Positions 1 to 13,017 of a DNA stretch of 59,499 nt are shown piece by piece. The stretch lies in the NCBI GenBank assembly GCA_000708835.1, contig DF237491.1, positions 1 through 59,499 of the forward strand. The letters are read 5' to 3'. Below the pieces are notes generated by a model. It was not told the origin of the DNA and ran no database searches. It worked only from the letters and a program-made list of their open reading frames with translations. Source of the DNA: Klebsormidium nitens (taxonomy: Eukaryota > Plantae > Klebsormidiophyceae). The position numbers and the translations under genes are program-made. Numbering within the stretch: the stretch's first letter is position 1; each line of letters starts with the position of its first letter.

Positions 1-1803
1 GATCTTAGTGAAGTCGACGTACCCATTGTTGAAAGGCGCCGCGCGCGGCCCCCATGGGCGGCACCAGTCACCGCGGCGCGGCCGGGCGGCCGGCATCATG
101 CACGCGGGTTCGCGGCCGCGGCTCCACCTCCACGGCCGCCGGCGCCCACCTGGCGCTTGGAGCTGGAGGCAGCTGCTAGGCCGGTGGTGGTGGCCTTCGC
201 CGTCGGTGGGAAATGAACAGCAGAAAATACAGGGCGCCAAGGTGTGCGTTGTTGCGTTGTGCATGCTGCTCTGGGGGCACCATTGTGGAAAAGCATGACA
301 AGGAATAGATGACTTCGTGCATTACCACCATGATGGCAAGAGGTGCTGCGACAGTGGGTTCCTTGAACCTGAGCAGGAATGTGACCACGAGGGCCCCAAG
401 CGCTGTTCCAGAAACTGGTTTGCCTCTGAGACTCTGCAGCGTGCCATACCCGGGAAGAGGAGGATGCTTTCACAGGGATGGGCGGATGCTGAGCAAAGCA
501 CAAGGTCCCCCTCTGGTTCGCAAACGAGCAGCGTTGCTGACGGCGGCGCAGGATCGTGATGACATCGACATTGTCAAAATCAAGCGTGAGTGCGCTCATT
601 GCAATCAGGAAGAAAGGGTTTGTGGACTAGAGTGTGAGCGTTTGAGCTGAGCTGATCGATGAAGCAATGTGCAAAGAGGCGCCTTCATCCGTCTCATGAG
701 TCCCTGCTTACTGCTCATTCCTACCACAGCTGCAAATGCAGCATGTGCTTTTAAGAGAGATGGAGGGCCTCCTATTAGCGCACAATTGGCAATTGCACAA
801 TAGCGATTTGTTGCTCACATGGTGGCATGTTCTGTACTTCGCTTCTGCACAGGGATATGTGTTCGTCAAATGACAGAGTCTCTGCTCTTTATTATTGAAT
901 GTAATGAATCTGTCCGAATTGTGTTTATGGGTCAGTTCCAAGCCTTTGGACCTTCAAATCTCTTCTGCAGCTGGTTGTCATCACAACATGACTTTTGACA
1001 TTGATGGCACCAGTATTTTTGCAGGCAGGTGTGAATTGATCTGGTCTGAGCACTTGGCTCATCTGTAGACTTTGTCCATTTGACCTTTTTAGACTTTTGG
1101 GGCTTTCCCTGCACTGACCAGCTTATCAGGGACAAGCTTGAAAACTGCTACTACTGCTAGCAGACCTAGAATCTGCTGAGTAACGGGCATAGCTCCTGTA
1201 AACCTCTACTGGGCACAAGCAATGGAGAGAAAGTTGCTCACGCAGGAAGACTGAGGAATTTTACGCCACTTGTCTGTCACTCTACCCAATCCAGCCATTG
1301 AAGAAGCAGATTGCCACCAGGGTTTGAAGGTTCTCTTTCCTGGAGAGCACAATGCTTTGTAGGTCATCTGCACACAGTTTGGTGGCACTCTGCAAAGGAC
1401 TGTCATTTCAAGCTTGGAATGTAGGTTTATACCTGAAGCTTCTCAATCAGAACGCTGTCAGCCTCTACTTCGTGAACGCCCCACATCAAGGCTGTCTTCA
1501 GACACTCAGTACTACATTGTTCAGCTCCTCGTTCGGTGGTGCCACTAAATGCTCCCTTTTGTTATTGAAGAGTAGTTCGTGTTTTGACAGCACTGCGTCA
1601 CTGCCTATCACATCGCCATACTTGCAATCTATCAGCAACCTAGTCGCGCAGAAAACATTGCTGATCTGTCACACACCCCGTTGCCTTTGGTTTCCTGTCT
1701 TTCCACCCTACCTAGTCCTCTTCTGAACGCAGACTCCCAAGCCTTCTTCATGGTCGTTCGTTGCCCACCACATTCTCACTCTCAAAGCTTTCCTTCTCTA
1801 CAG

Positions 1804-3041
1804 GCCTCTCCGATGGCTCCCAGCTCTTTACCTTCGGCCCCTACGCTCCAGAGCCGGCCCCCTCTCCCACCTTAACCCAGGGCGAGCAGTCACGACCCCA
1901 GTCGTCGAGCTTCGCAAAGCGCTCCTCGGTGCCCAAACGCCCCTCCCGAGCAAAGACCGCCGAGTCCAAACCCGTTGAGGAACCCGCCCCCGAGCCCTCT
2001 CAACCCCGCCGTCCCTCATCGACTTTCGTGCGCCGCTCCCCGATACCACACTCCTCAAATAGGACGCCAGCTTCAGAAACCCCGGTCGCTGTGTCGCCGA
2101 CAGTAACTGCTGCACAAGGGGCGAAGAGCAAGCCAAGTGCGGGGGCACCTCTGACGGGAGTGCGCGAGAGAACCGAGGCCCCGGTTCCAACCCAGGACCG
2201 GTTGCGCCCCAAATCTCAGTTCTTGCGGAGGTCGCCGGTCGCCGGGGGTCGGAAGTTGAGGGCTGCAGTCCCGAGCTCCGGCCAGAAAGCGTCCAGCGAT
2301 GACGAGCCGAAAGCGTTGAGCCGACTGCCATCGGCATTCAGCAAAAAGTCAACCATCCTCAGGAAACCTCCAAGAAAACTCGAGACTGAGAAAGCAGAGC
2401 CGGCAGTGGATACTGGAAGTCGGTCGAGCCGGCCCCCATCGTCATTCCAGAAAGCATCCCTAGTTGCCGGGCGCCCTGCCCGAAAGGTACCAGAATCTTT
2501 CTTGTCCGAGAAGGAACTTGCAAAAGGAGACGGAGCAGCCCGGCCAAAACGCGCGGCGACTGCGTTCAAGAAAGCATCGCCAGTTGCCGGGCGCCCCGCC
2601 CGGAAGACACCAGATCCTGCCTCGTCCAAGAAGGACGTTACGAGAGACGTTACGGGAGACGAGAGGGCAGCCAAGCCAAAGCGGGCGGCGACCACCTTCA
2701 AGAGAGCGTCGCCAATCACGGCAAAAGGACGGGGCGCTCGGAAGCCAGGCCCCCGGGTTATCCAGGATCTGACGGGGATTGTAACGAACGGAGTGGCAAA
2801 GGCTGCGGTGGCTGTGGAAAGAACGGTAGAGAAGTTGGTCGGGGATGTCGTTGGGAGCGGAACAGGGGCCTCGGATCTGGAAGATGAGGGGGAATGGGCG
2901 AGCGGAGAGTCGGATTTGCATAACATGAAGCTGGGAGAGCTGAGGCAGCTTGCAAAGGAGCGGAAAATTAAGGGGATGTGGACACTGAAGAAGGAGGAGC
3001 TGATAGAAGCACTCGAAGTGTCTTTCTCGGAGGATGTCTAG
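1804..3041 (+). CDS. Rho termination factor N-terminal (Rho_N) domain protein, RHON1-like; main/last coding exon
   Basis: A long ORF follows the acceptor ttctctacag (1803) and ends in a Rho_N-like motif DLHNMKLGELRQLAKERKIKGMWTLKKEELIEALE, then TAG at 3039-3041. The S/P/R/K-rich middle carries RPxSxFxRRSP-type motifs. A tentative first exon at 1352-1424 (ATG...GTAG|gtttat, phase 1) would join in frame but is unverified. Confidence 0.8.
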
Positions 3042-5266
3042 GCAAGCGTGCATCCCAATCTTGACATGCGAAAGCTTTTTGGGACGACGTATATGAGAGC
3101 TATTGTGATACAAGGAATACATCCTTCTGAAATCGACTTGACTCCTGTCTGATTTGGAAGGAAGTAAAGCAGAAAAACTATCATGCTGGCGCGACACCTT
3201 ACGACGCCGCGCAGCACCATGCCATGTCTACGAACCGGAATATTGACGATGTATGTACTCTGAGAGACTTTGCCAACCCCTTGTGCTGCACCCACAAGCT
3301 TGAATGGTTCGTGATTTTTTGATGCAAAGGTCGTTTTCTTGATTGATATTCTACTCCAGAACTACAATCGGTGATTGTGACAAAACGTAACCGGTTACAT
3401 GATCCGACCATGCAGCAAGTACATGCGTACGGTATTAATTGCTGCACACTCCGAAGCAGCAGGTGCTTGCGCTTTTTGATTCCAAATTTGAGTGCATGCA
3501 ACCATCGCCGCCTTCGAGCAGGCATAGCCATCTTCATGTGCGGAACTTCAAGTAAGATTTGACTCGCACTAAACCTCAAAAGGGCTCGACTACCAAATTT
3601 CGAAAGCCTCCTGCCTAATCCGGTGATTCCGTCACGAGTTCGGCTGCATGGGACGAGGTTTATCCTGGAAAGCACATAATACATGCTTCAACGCAGTTAG
3701 GCTTCAGCTACAAGGCCTAAGCAGTAATATGAGTCAGGACTCAGGACATCCATCAGCAATTATTATTGCAAGAGTCAGCAAGACATGCACAGAAATTTCA
3801 CGGGGGTATCCTGATTCCTGAGTCCTGACTGACATAACCCAAGGGTTTAAGGCAGATACAGCTGAGCCGAAAAGTAAAATCAAGATCGACCTGTACGGCC
3901 CTTTGACTTGTACTGACCGCAGTATTAACTACCGTACAACGTCGGAGTCCGTCGCAGATGCGCATTGCGATCAGCTGCAAAGATGACATCATTGACCATC
4001 ATTGACTGGCATCCCTTTGTTGCTAGTTTGTTGAAGGAACAATATGGGCCAATGGCGCTCAGCGCTGAGCAGCTGAGCTACTAACTTCAGAATACAAATC
4101 CCTGTCAAACTTTGGTATCCTTGATATCCTTGTCCTTTGACGTTCAATGCATTTACAGCAGATTCCCTGATTCGCATAGCGTTGGCTAGCGCGCCCCATT
4201 AGGAAAGCTCCTCTAGCTAGCAGCTGAGGTTGTGTTAAATCCGTCCAGCTACGCGGCGTCCACTGCACGGCGGGTCGTCCATAACATCCTGCAACGTTCC
4301 AAGAATGGCTGCACATCAGGAGTCCGCCCCGTCTGATGACCTCTTGAAAGGTGAGTTGGACAAAGTCCATGTCTGTCGCTTCTTTTGTCCTCCTCCTCTG
4401 ACGTGATCCTCGAGCACGTGGGCTTGGGAATCCAATCACTTTGTGCTCTTACAATGGTTTTTAAGCACCAGCCAAATGCTGGCACTAGCATCACAATGAA
4501 GCTAATTCGCTCTCTTAAAAAGTTCATATTTCAATGTGGTCGACACACAAACAAGGTGGCAAATAAAGTTGGCAAACATTGGCAGCACTTTACGGACACC
4601 ATCTTTACAACAGACTTCAAAACTGAAAGCTCGTTTGCACCATCTTCTTAAGAAGAAAGTGGTCTTCAGTGAAAAGCCCCATAATTCTGTGATCAATCCT
4701 TTTTCTTACATTCTCTCCAAGTAATAAAACGAGGCAGCTGGAAACATCCCCCTATGAACTTGTGGCAAGATGAGAATGCAGCACTCAAGCTCCGACATAA
4801 CAGCAGGACACCCTTTTGTTTCACTTCTAGCCCACACTTGATGTGCAAAGCTCCAAAGTTGGCCAGTACTCCAACAAATATTTTGACGATAGGAGCGTCG
4901 AAGATGGCTATAACATGATGCATGCCTTTTACACTGACGTTTACTTAGCACTCTGCAGCTGACAGTGGCCTTGGCCGCCAGTTGAGTCTATCAAAAGCAG
5001 AGGCAGTTTGCAGTTAAAAGGATATTTTGACTTTGTTGATATCATACTCGCAAAGTGTACAGATGTATCTTCGCAAATACTGCATGATCGAGAGTCCCTT
5101 CAGATGCATTCTGTGAGGATCAGACATGTCCACTCTTTGACCTGATAAGAAATTCTAGGGAAGTAATTGGTCGAGCAAGTTCTGAATGCGATGGCTGTCT
5201 TTGGCAGAGAGAAATGGTCTCAACATTCTTGGGGAGTGACCAATGAAGGGACACACAAGCTTTACT

Positions 5267-8200
5267 ATGGCCGATGAAGGAAACTCCTGTAAGGGCTTGT
5301 TTCAGTCTCCAAGCCTGGTGCAGGCACTATCGTAAAGGCGGGAGGACACAATCTCAATGTGGTCAACAGAGGAAAGGGCCCAGCAGTTCTCATGCTGCAT
5401 GGCTTTCCCAACTCCTCAACACTCTACAAGCATCAGGTGAGCGCACTGCTTTTCAAAGCACCACTTGAACACTTTCTTATCCAACTTTATCAAGATAGCC
5501 CTAATGCAAATCATGGTTCACAAAAGTCTGAAACATAATTTTTCTCACACTGTGCCATTGCACGAGGAAATCTCAATGTTGCTGCTGCAGGGAAATGTGC
5601 TACTCTCGCTCAGCTATGGGCTGGCCACTAACTTTGGCCTCGTTGGAGAAATGGTAGCTTTGCAGAGAGACCAAGATGATGCTCACAATAGCAATGGCTG
5701 AGCATCTCGGAAGCGTTACACCACAGTGTATCATCGTCCACATCAGACAATGTTGCCTAAATCACATCAGGTTACATACATCCGTCATGGATCATGATTG
5801 GCCCCTGACCAAGTTGCCTTGCATCGTTATGCAGATTCCCTTCTTGGTGGACCATGGTTTCCAGGTTATCGTGCCTGATCTCCTGGGCTTTGGTGGGAGT
5901 GACAAGCCTCAGGATGTGGAGCCCTACACTCTGGACAACCAAGTCACCATGCTGAAAGGTAGTGTCGAAAGCTCTCCCTTGCCTCTTTGGCACAGTCCAC
6001 CGCACCTGATTATTTTCCTAGCTCAAAATCCACTAACAACGCTGACATTCGAAAAGATCATACTGGGTGTGGCATCCTGCTCCAGGTTCGGAGACAAGGC
6101 TCCATCTCTTAAGATCCGGCTTAATCAATTTCGAGAGTTCTGCTTTGGCTTACCAAGCAGATTACGTTTTACTTTTCTCTTTCAAGCTGCAGGCTCCGTC
6201 ACATCAGCTGCTTTTGCCAGACTCTGGCAAAAGCAGCTGATGTGAATCGGCGATTCACATCAAGATTTCGTCATGGACTGAAAATTCTGGTTTACATTGC
6301 TGCAGAGGTTCTGGACCAACTAGGCGTAGACAAGGCGGTGGTCGTGGGGCATGACTGGGGCGCCGGCTTGGCGTGGCACTTTGCAGGTGGGGGCCAAACG
6401 TCACCCTTGTGAAACGTGCTTCGGTGCTTCCTATCAGGCTGGTTGCAGGATGGGACGAACAACCTGCTTGTCGAAGTACGAAACATCCATTGCTCACCGC
6501 GTTGCTTCTCCAGTACTCTCATATGAATGCAATTCTCCTTTGAGGCAGTCATCGTTTTGATGTCAGAAATGTCTTACGACTGACTCGTGAAAGCAGAATC
6601 AGGAAAGCTCTGTATATGTTTTGCGTGGCATGTTGAACCAAGTTCATTCGTCTGTGCAGCGTTGGCCCCTGAGAGGACGACCCGCCTTGTCGCACTATCC
6701 GTAGGCCATCCGGCCCAGTACTTCAATACGGGCGAGCAGCAACAGCTTTCATGGTGAGACTTGTGACCTTCATTCAAAAGAGGTGATATGTCGCTTCTGA
6801 CATCCTATCCGTTTGACCATATTTTTCTCGTCCGATTGATTCATTTATGTCTTCTGCTCAGCGACTTCCTATCAAAGGTCAGAAGAAGAGTAGTCGATTT
6901 AGAAGGCCGCTTGCAACGCCAAAGTCGTGATGCTGACCAAACAGATTGAACAATCAGATTCGAAAACTCTTACTTTCACACGAATGGACGCATCTACGCA
7001 AACACACTGCATACTCCGGTCCACTACCCGCTGCTGTCCTAGCGGCTCAACGCAGCACTTATTCGATGCTTTGCATCCGTCACCATATAAGCAACACGCT
7101 CACGCTTTTTGCGACCACACGTGGCAGCTGCAAACTTGTCAGTCCTACAGGTACATGCTTATCTTTCTGCACGAGGGGCTGGCCGAACGAGTCATTACGG
7201 ACGGCAGCGTTCTGTCCAAGGTCACCCCTGCTTCCCAGATGGTCCTTTTTGCCACGGACGAGTTCGTACAGATGTTTGCTGACCTGGCGAAGCCGGGGAA
7301 CGCCACAGCAGGCCTCAACTGGTACAGGTAGGCCCCAGTGCTGCCAGTGACGAGTGCTGGTGTATGTTTGAAATCCTCAGCTCAGCTGCCCGTTTCTTTG
7401 TGATCAAGTGCTCTTCAAAAGGCACTGGCAGTCTCCGCATACTCCTCGTAGGTTAGTCTCTGGGTATGATAGTAGAGTCCCCGGGGAGGTACAAAAGTAA
7501 AGACCCAAACCAAGAATTGAACCTGCTCCGCACCCGTACCCACCCTAACCCCCAAAGTAACCCCACCCGTTCCCCGGACCCTTTTTTTATATCGTACCTA
7601 GAACTATCCTACCTAAACTATAGGTCAATAGTATCCACTTGAGCTTCATGTTTGACAACGGCCGTAACCTTCAGCACAGACAATAAGTTGATGGTCGCAC
7701 GTGCACGGTCCCCCCGCGTGAATGTCGAAACCCAAGCCAGGAGCTGCAACCGGCAGCCAATCAGTCTACCAGGGTGAAACAGCACACAGTCGGTCAAGAA
7801 AGCCTTTCTGGACAACCATGTCGTTTCTCGACTGAACGTTGTATCGCCTCATGACGGAGTGGCGCCTGAAGCTGCGACAAAGCAGCTCTTGTGTCAACAA
7901 CGCAGGGCAAACGTCACGCCCGAGAAGATGGTGGCGGGTTACATCACGCAGACGCCCCCGGTGGAAGTAGATACGCTCATGATCTGGCCGACCGGAGACC
8001 ATTATGCCTGCTGCGAGGCCCAGGCGAAAGGCTCTGAGGCCTTTGTAAAGGGGCGCTTCAGGTTTGTCTAATGACAGCAGCATCTGTAATGCTTCTAACC
8101 ATAGAATTCATGTCCCTGATTCTGTTCCGCTCTGGTTCGTGCCTTCAGCTGCTCTTATATGTTGCTCGAGGACGTGCAAATGTAGACGAAAGTTCATCAG

Positions 8201-8462
8201 GCGAGCATCAGGATCAAAAGAAAGTTACTGAGTCATATTTTGCGAGCCGTTCAGCTTTAGATGTTCGCATCAGCTCTTCTCTGTTCTTTCACGAAGATGC
8301 AAAGCTAGGGCTTGCATGCGCAACTTAGCTACGATTCGTTCCTGAGCTGCTTTATGGATTGCGTGCAGGTACGAGCGTGTTGAGTGCGACAGCCACTTTG
8401 TCACGTGGAGTGCGCCCGACAAGGTTAATGAGCTCTTGCTAGGATTTTTGACGGAGTCCTAA
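5267..8462 (+). CDS. Alpha/beta-fold hydrolase, epoxide hydrolase-like (spliced, 7-8 exons)
   Basis: Exons 5324-5436, 5835-5958, 6306-6386, 6660-6753, 7151-7327, 7906-8061 and 8369-8462 join in frame at GT-AG sites. Motifs: HGFP, VIVPDLLGFGGSDKP, nucleophile GHDWG, lid tyrosines (WYML, LNWYR), catalytic His (DSHF). The start exon 5267-5288 is tentative. Confidence 0.9.
7522..7570 (+). repeat. Short dispersed intronic repeat, copy 1
   Basis: cctgctccgcacccgtacccaccctaacccccaaagtaaccccacccgt matches the reverse complement of 57157-57206 at 45 of 50 positions. Confidence 0.75.
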
Positions 8463-9391
8463 TCCTCATCTGAAAGCCGCGTTTGTGATGCCCTTCGTCT
8501 ACTAAATGAGCGGATACATTTTTGCCACTGAGCATTGTAAATACACTGAGAGATACATAGGGATGTTGGTTTTGAAATGATCCATCATCTTTTGTGGAAG
8601 TGAGTTGAGATTCCAACTTGAGAGTGTGTAAGAGATGTACGATTGCGCAAGCAGTTTACAGCGTACTGACTGTCTTTGTCACCATTCGGAAATAAACCGG
8701 TCTCAGACGTACACTTGACCGTTGAACATAGCAGTGAATCGACAATCAGGAGCCTTGGATCCGTAAAGTTGACTCGCGTTTTGTTAATGGCATCCTCTGT
8801 CGTGCCATTGCGCGTAGGCGCTCTGCAGTTTTCACAACGTACAGCTCCATTATATACAACGTAAATGATGCATGCATGCATGGTGCTCACTCGCAAGACT
8901 CAGAGTCTCTTGCGGCACTGCATGCTCGAAGCATTTTCTTAAAATTCCGATGCGGCATACATCAATTCGCGACACGTCCGTTAAAAAAGTTATTTGGCAG
9001 GCTTGAGACCTGGCCTCAAGCTCAAGCTTGCATGTGAGCCTGCCGCCATGACCGTCCATGTGCATATAACTCAGTGCGCTGCCAGGAAAGGCTGCGCTTG
9101 CCTTGATCGATCCTGTCGAAAGAGACACGCGGCGTGCCTTGCTTGAGAGCTGGACTATAGGCATAGACTCAGCATACGCATGCCTCCTTACGATAGGACC
9201 GTGCGTCACCTGGCACCACGCAGCAATTGAAGCCAATTAAACATGTGCACTGTGATCTACATACGGGTTTGGCAGGGCGAGCCGCCCGCGGCCATCTATT
9301 TGTACAAGTTGAGGGGTCTCGCAATCTCTGCTTGGGACGTTCTCAACGGGATACGCGACACGGCAGAATAGCGGGGCGCCGCATGCTATGA

Positions 9392-12300
9392 TCAATTGCC
9401 GGTGTACACAGGCGCTCGCTTCTCAGCGAATGCGGCCAGCCCCTCCAACCGATCGCGCGTGGACAGAGTTTCCGCATAACACTCCTGCTCGATCTGCAAC
9501 CCGTCTACGAGCTTCGCCTCGATGCCCCGGTCGATGGCCGCTTTGGCCGCTTGGATAGCGACAGGGCCCTGCAAATCGTTGCAAAACCTAGAGACTTCAC
9601 CAACATGCTCACTTTGTGTTTCGGCTCGATTTTGCTTCGTTCAGATCAATTGAGAGGCATGCTGATCCGCCTCATGTGGTTGAAGAAAGGACGCTCGATC
9701 TTTCTTTTGCATGGCCGGAGACACTGTTCGGCTTCTATCGTGCTTTGACAGCTCCAATCGGGCTTAGACGACTAGCTTCGGCGTTTTAGCACGAGCTGGC
9801 ACTAATACCATGAAAGACCTAGTGTCTCTTTCTAGTCTCCTACTCAGAACAGATGTAGGAGATGCGAACACCATGACGCAACTGATGACGGCATCGTTCC
9901 TGCGGGTCTTTAAACCTCTGCAGCCGACGTGATTTCTGAAAGTATGATTCATGAACTGGCACCGAGAACGCAGTCACAAACCTTTCGAGGCGGAAGTAAG
10001 GAGGGCATTATGAAAATAGCACCGAGCACACAGTCAGCAACGCCCTGTTGGGACAATCTTACGTCACCACAAGCGCGGAACGTGGACTCACCTTTTTCAG
10101 AATTTCGGCGGCGAGTTCCAGGGCCTTGTCGAAGGCTTCCCCGGGACCCACCAAGTGGTTGAGCACACCTGATTCCGTTACGGAGCAGGGTTCAGAGGCC
10201 GGAACTGGGACGCTCAGCCTAGCCTTCACTTTCCAGTGAATGACGCGCACGAGAAATCCCGGATTTCACTTTTTACGTCCTTTTTGACAGCTTTCTTTAG
10301 ATCTCTCGATTTGTCTCTGCAGTCGATTTGAGAGCTACCTAGATGTGCCCACACAAAAGTGGCCACGCTTTCTAACCATCTTTAGATCGCAGCGTGCGAC
10401 TCGAATGTAATCGAATCCCGCCCATGCAAAGCTGGTTGGCATGCCCCGCACACGGTGAGCATCGTTTCGTCAAGTCATTCAACCCGAAAGACAATGAAAC
10501 TGCCAGGAACAAGATAAACAATGAATTGCCATACCTATTCGGTAGGCCTCCTGCGCGTCCACAATCCGCCCCGTGAAAATGAGCTCCTTCGCCTTCGAAA
10601 CGCCCACCAGCCGGGGCAACCTTTGCGTTCCCCCAGCCCTGCACACACCCAAGAATGTAGACCGATTGCCTGCCGGTAGCTCGTTTTTCCTTTCAATCTC
10701 AAAAGTGTCGGGCCCACTCTAGTTCCTACTCCTGGAACGGTTTCCACTTGCGGGTTACAAGGTGCAGATTTTGCTATCCCGCCAATCAACAGGTCCCATC
10801 CCGGATCTCATGGCGAAAGAGAACTGCTCGGAGAGCGAGAGAGTCATACTTGATTGAATAGCGGTCCCTGACGAACTTGCATGAGTGCTGATCTTTGAAA
10901 CGAGGGGCTGACTAAGGCACTCTTCCTGGACGCAGCAACAGTCTGGAAGTCCGGCGCTCGATCCAGACAATGAGCTAAATGTCCGTGTTGTTTGGCGGTA
11001 GCCACAACGGGACGTTTGCTAAACTTGTGCTGAGGGAAAGCAGCACGGAGGGTCTTACCCTGGAATAATGGCCAGCCCTGTCTCCGGCAAACCTAGCCTG
11101 GTATTCTGACCTGTGAGGTGGCCATGCTGTGATGTCAGGATTGAGACGAAGTTTAAAACTTGGAGATAACAGCCATGATTAAGATTGTGCATCAGGATCC
11201 AGTCAGAACAACTTGCGGGAGGAATGAGGAGGCGAGTGGAAGAACGTGATAGAATCAACTTGCACGCGCCTAGAGCCATAGACGATTGCTCACACAAGGT
11301 TATGCTGCACACTGTGGCGTCACCAGTAATCCTCAATAATCAGCACGTCAACAACAAGGAAGGAACCGCCATTACAAGCCCGCAAACTCCTTTATATTGA
11401 CTGCTATTCTCACCCCCCACCCGTAGATCACATGACAGCGCCAACTCAAGCCCGCCTCCTAGAGCGTGGCCCTCCACTGCTGCAATTGTAGGAACTCGGA
11501 GGTCCTGCACAAACCTGACGCATTCGGCTCCTGCAGAAAGTGTCTCCTGACTTGTGCAGATTTGGCAAGTGCTTCGCAAGGTCCTTGAGAAACGTAGGAA
11601 CGCAGCATTTTGTAGTGGTCGAATGGGGCAGAGAGCAAGAAGCATCTGATTGTATGTGCGGAGCCCCAGTGAGGCTGACTATGAAAAGCTGACGGACATG
11701 CGCACCTCCAAAGCTTTGAACACTGCTCCGAGCTGCCGCACAAATTTCTGAACCCCATCTTGAGTCATCTCCTTCCGCTCCTGCAGGTTGGGATTTCAAA
11801 CCGTTTTGGCACGGTCCCTTCTGTAACAAGCAACTACATCACGGTGCATTCCTGAGTTCAACACTTGGGTCAAACTTAGATGTGAGCTCTCCTGTCCTCT
11901 CAAATCCAGGCAAGAGGGCTTTGTGTTGCCCTGGCGAATGTCTTCAACGAGCCTTGACAGTCCCGACCAGGGACTACAAGCATTGCTTTGATGATACATT
12001 GCACTTTCAATGTACAGTGTCACTCTGTAAAGAAGCAGCGCACAGACGACCGGCATGCCCGTAAAGCATGGAAGTTGGAGTCACCTTGAGGTCCGCCCCA
12101 GCGCAGAACACCTTCGGAACATTGCTGTGCAGTATGACAGCCCTGACTTGATCGTCCCTCTGAATACTCTCAATTGCTTCCTCGAGCTGCTCCAGAAGCG
12201 TCCGCCCGAGGGCGTTCTTTGCATGGGGGCGTTGCAATGACACCGCTACCACCCCTGCGCCACATGATATTCCATGTGTTTAAAGCTCAAATTAGAGGGG

Positions 12301-13017
12301 CAGGGGCGTGTTCCCAGTGGGGCAGCGATGCCAGTCAGCTTTGGTTCCTTGCATCTTGATTCTCTGAATATGAACCAAGCATTTCAGAGCGATGGTACTA
12401 CCACCAGAACTTTCGTAACATGTCTCATCATTGCAGCATGCATTGTTATCAACCTTGCAGCTCTTCCCATCAAGCACAAGAAAGAAATGTTGGATTTTGA
12501 AACGCTATGCCCTTAATATTCCTCTGAAGACTTGAAATTCTTGAGCAGCCTGCATTGAAAACTTGTCGGGTGGTTTTGCTTGATATTGGCCCCTCAGTGT
12601 ATGTTCTTCATGGCATATTCCTGCTCACTTACCTTTCAGGTCCCCCTCCAGACGCTCCACCGCCACTTCCTTGACAACCTCTGTTCTCAAATATCGGCGC
12701 CAGGTTAAGCTGGCACCATCGGAGCCATTTGGAACAAGAAAAGCTGTATCAAACCCTTGCCTCCATATCTTCCCTGCTGTATAAGCAGGAACTCTTTGAC
12801 TGTCTGAAATACATGAACGCTTGCAAGGATGAGCTGCTTCCTCTTTCCTTGTCGGAGCATGTATCAAAGGCAGCTCACAATTGCTGGTGGCTTCCTGACA
12901 CAAGTTGATGGACACCAGAACAGCTGGCTTCTCTTGCAAGGGAGCCACTGAAGCACAAATAGGCGTTCCTAATCTCCTGATTGCACGCAGACAAGCAATC
13001 TGCAACCTGGCCGCCAT
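9392..13017 (-). CDS. AUH: Enoyl-CoA hydratase/crotonase, methylglutaconyl-CoA hydratase (AUH)-like, probably mitochondrial (8 exons, about 376 aa)
   Basis: Minus-strand exons 13017-12633, 12254-12085, 11780-11706, 11504-11414, 11110-11059, 10638-10535, 10168-10092 and 9568-9392 join in frame. Motifs: [92 protein letters not shown]. The long N-terminal extension is consistent with a targeting peptide. Confidence 0.88.

Noticed and set aside
1-600. GC-rich start of the window with overlapping ORFs (e.g. minus-strand ...PWGPRAAPFNNGYVDFTKI)
   Set aside because: No recognisable domain or reliable splice structure, and it is truncated by the window edge. It may be a gene fragment or a promoter patch.
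3042-5260. Short ORFs between the Rho_N gene and the hydrolase
   Set aside because: No protein motifs or coding-like composition recognised.
10631-10641. Apparent frameshift at the hydratase PG|AGG junction
   Set aside because: Rechecking against the ORF track shows five C/G bases, so the junction is in frame.
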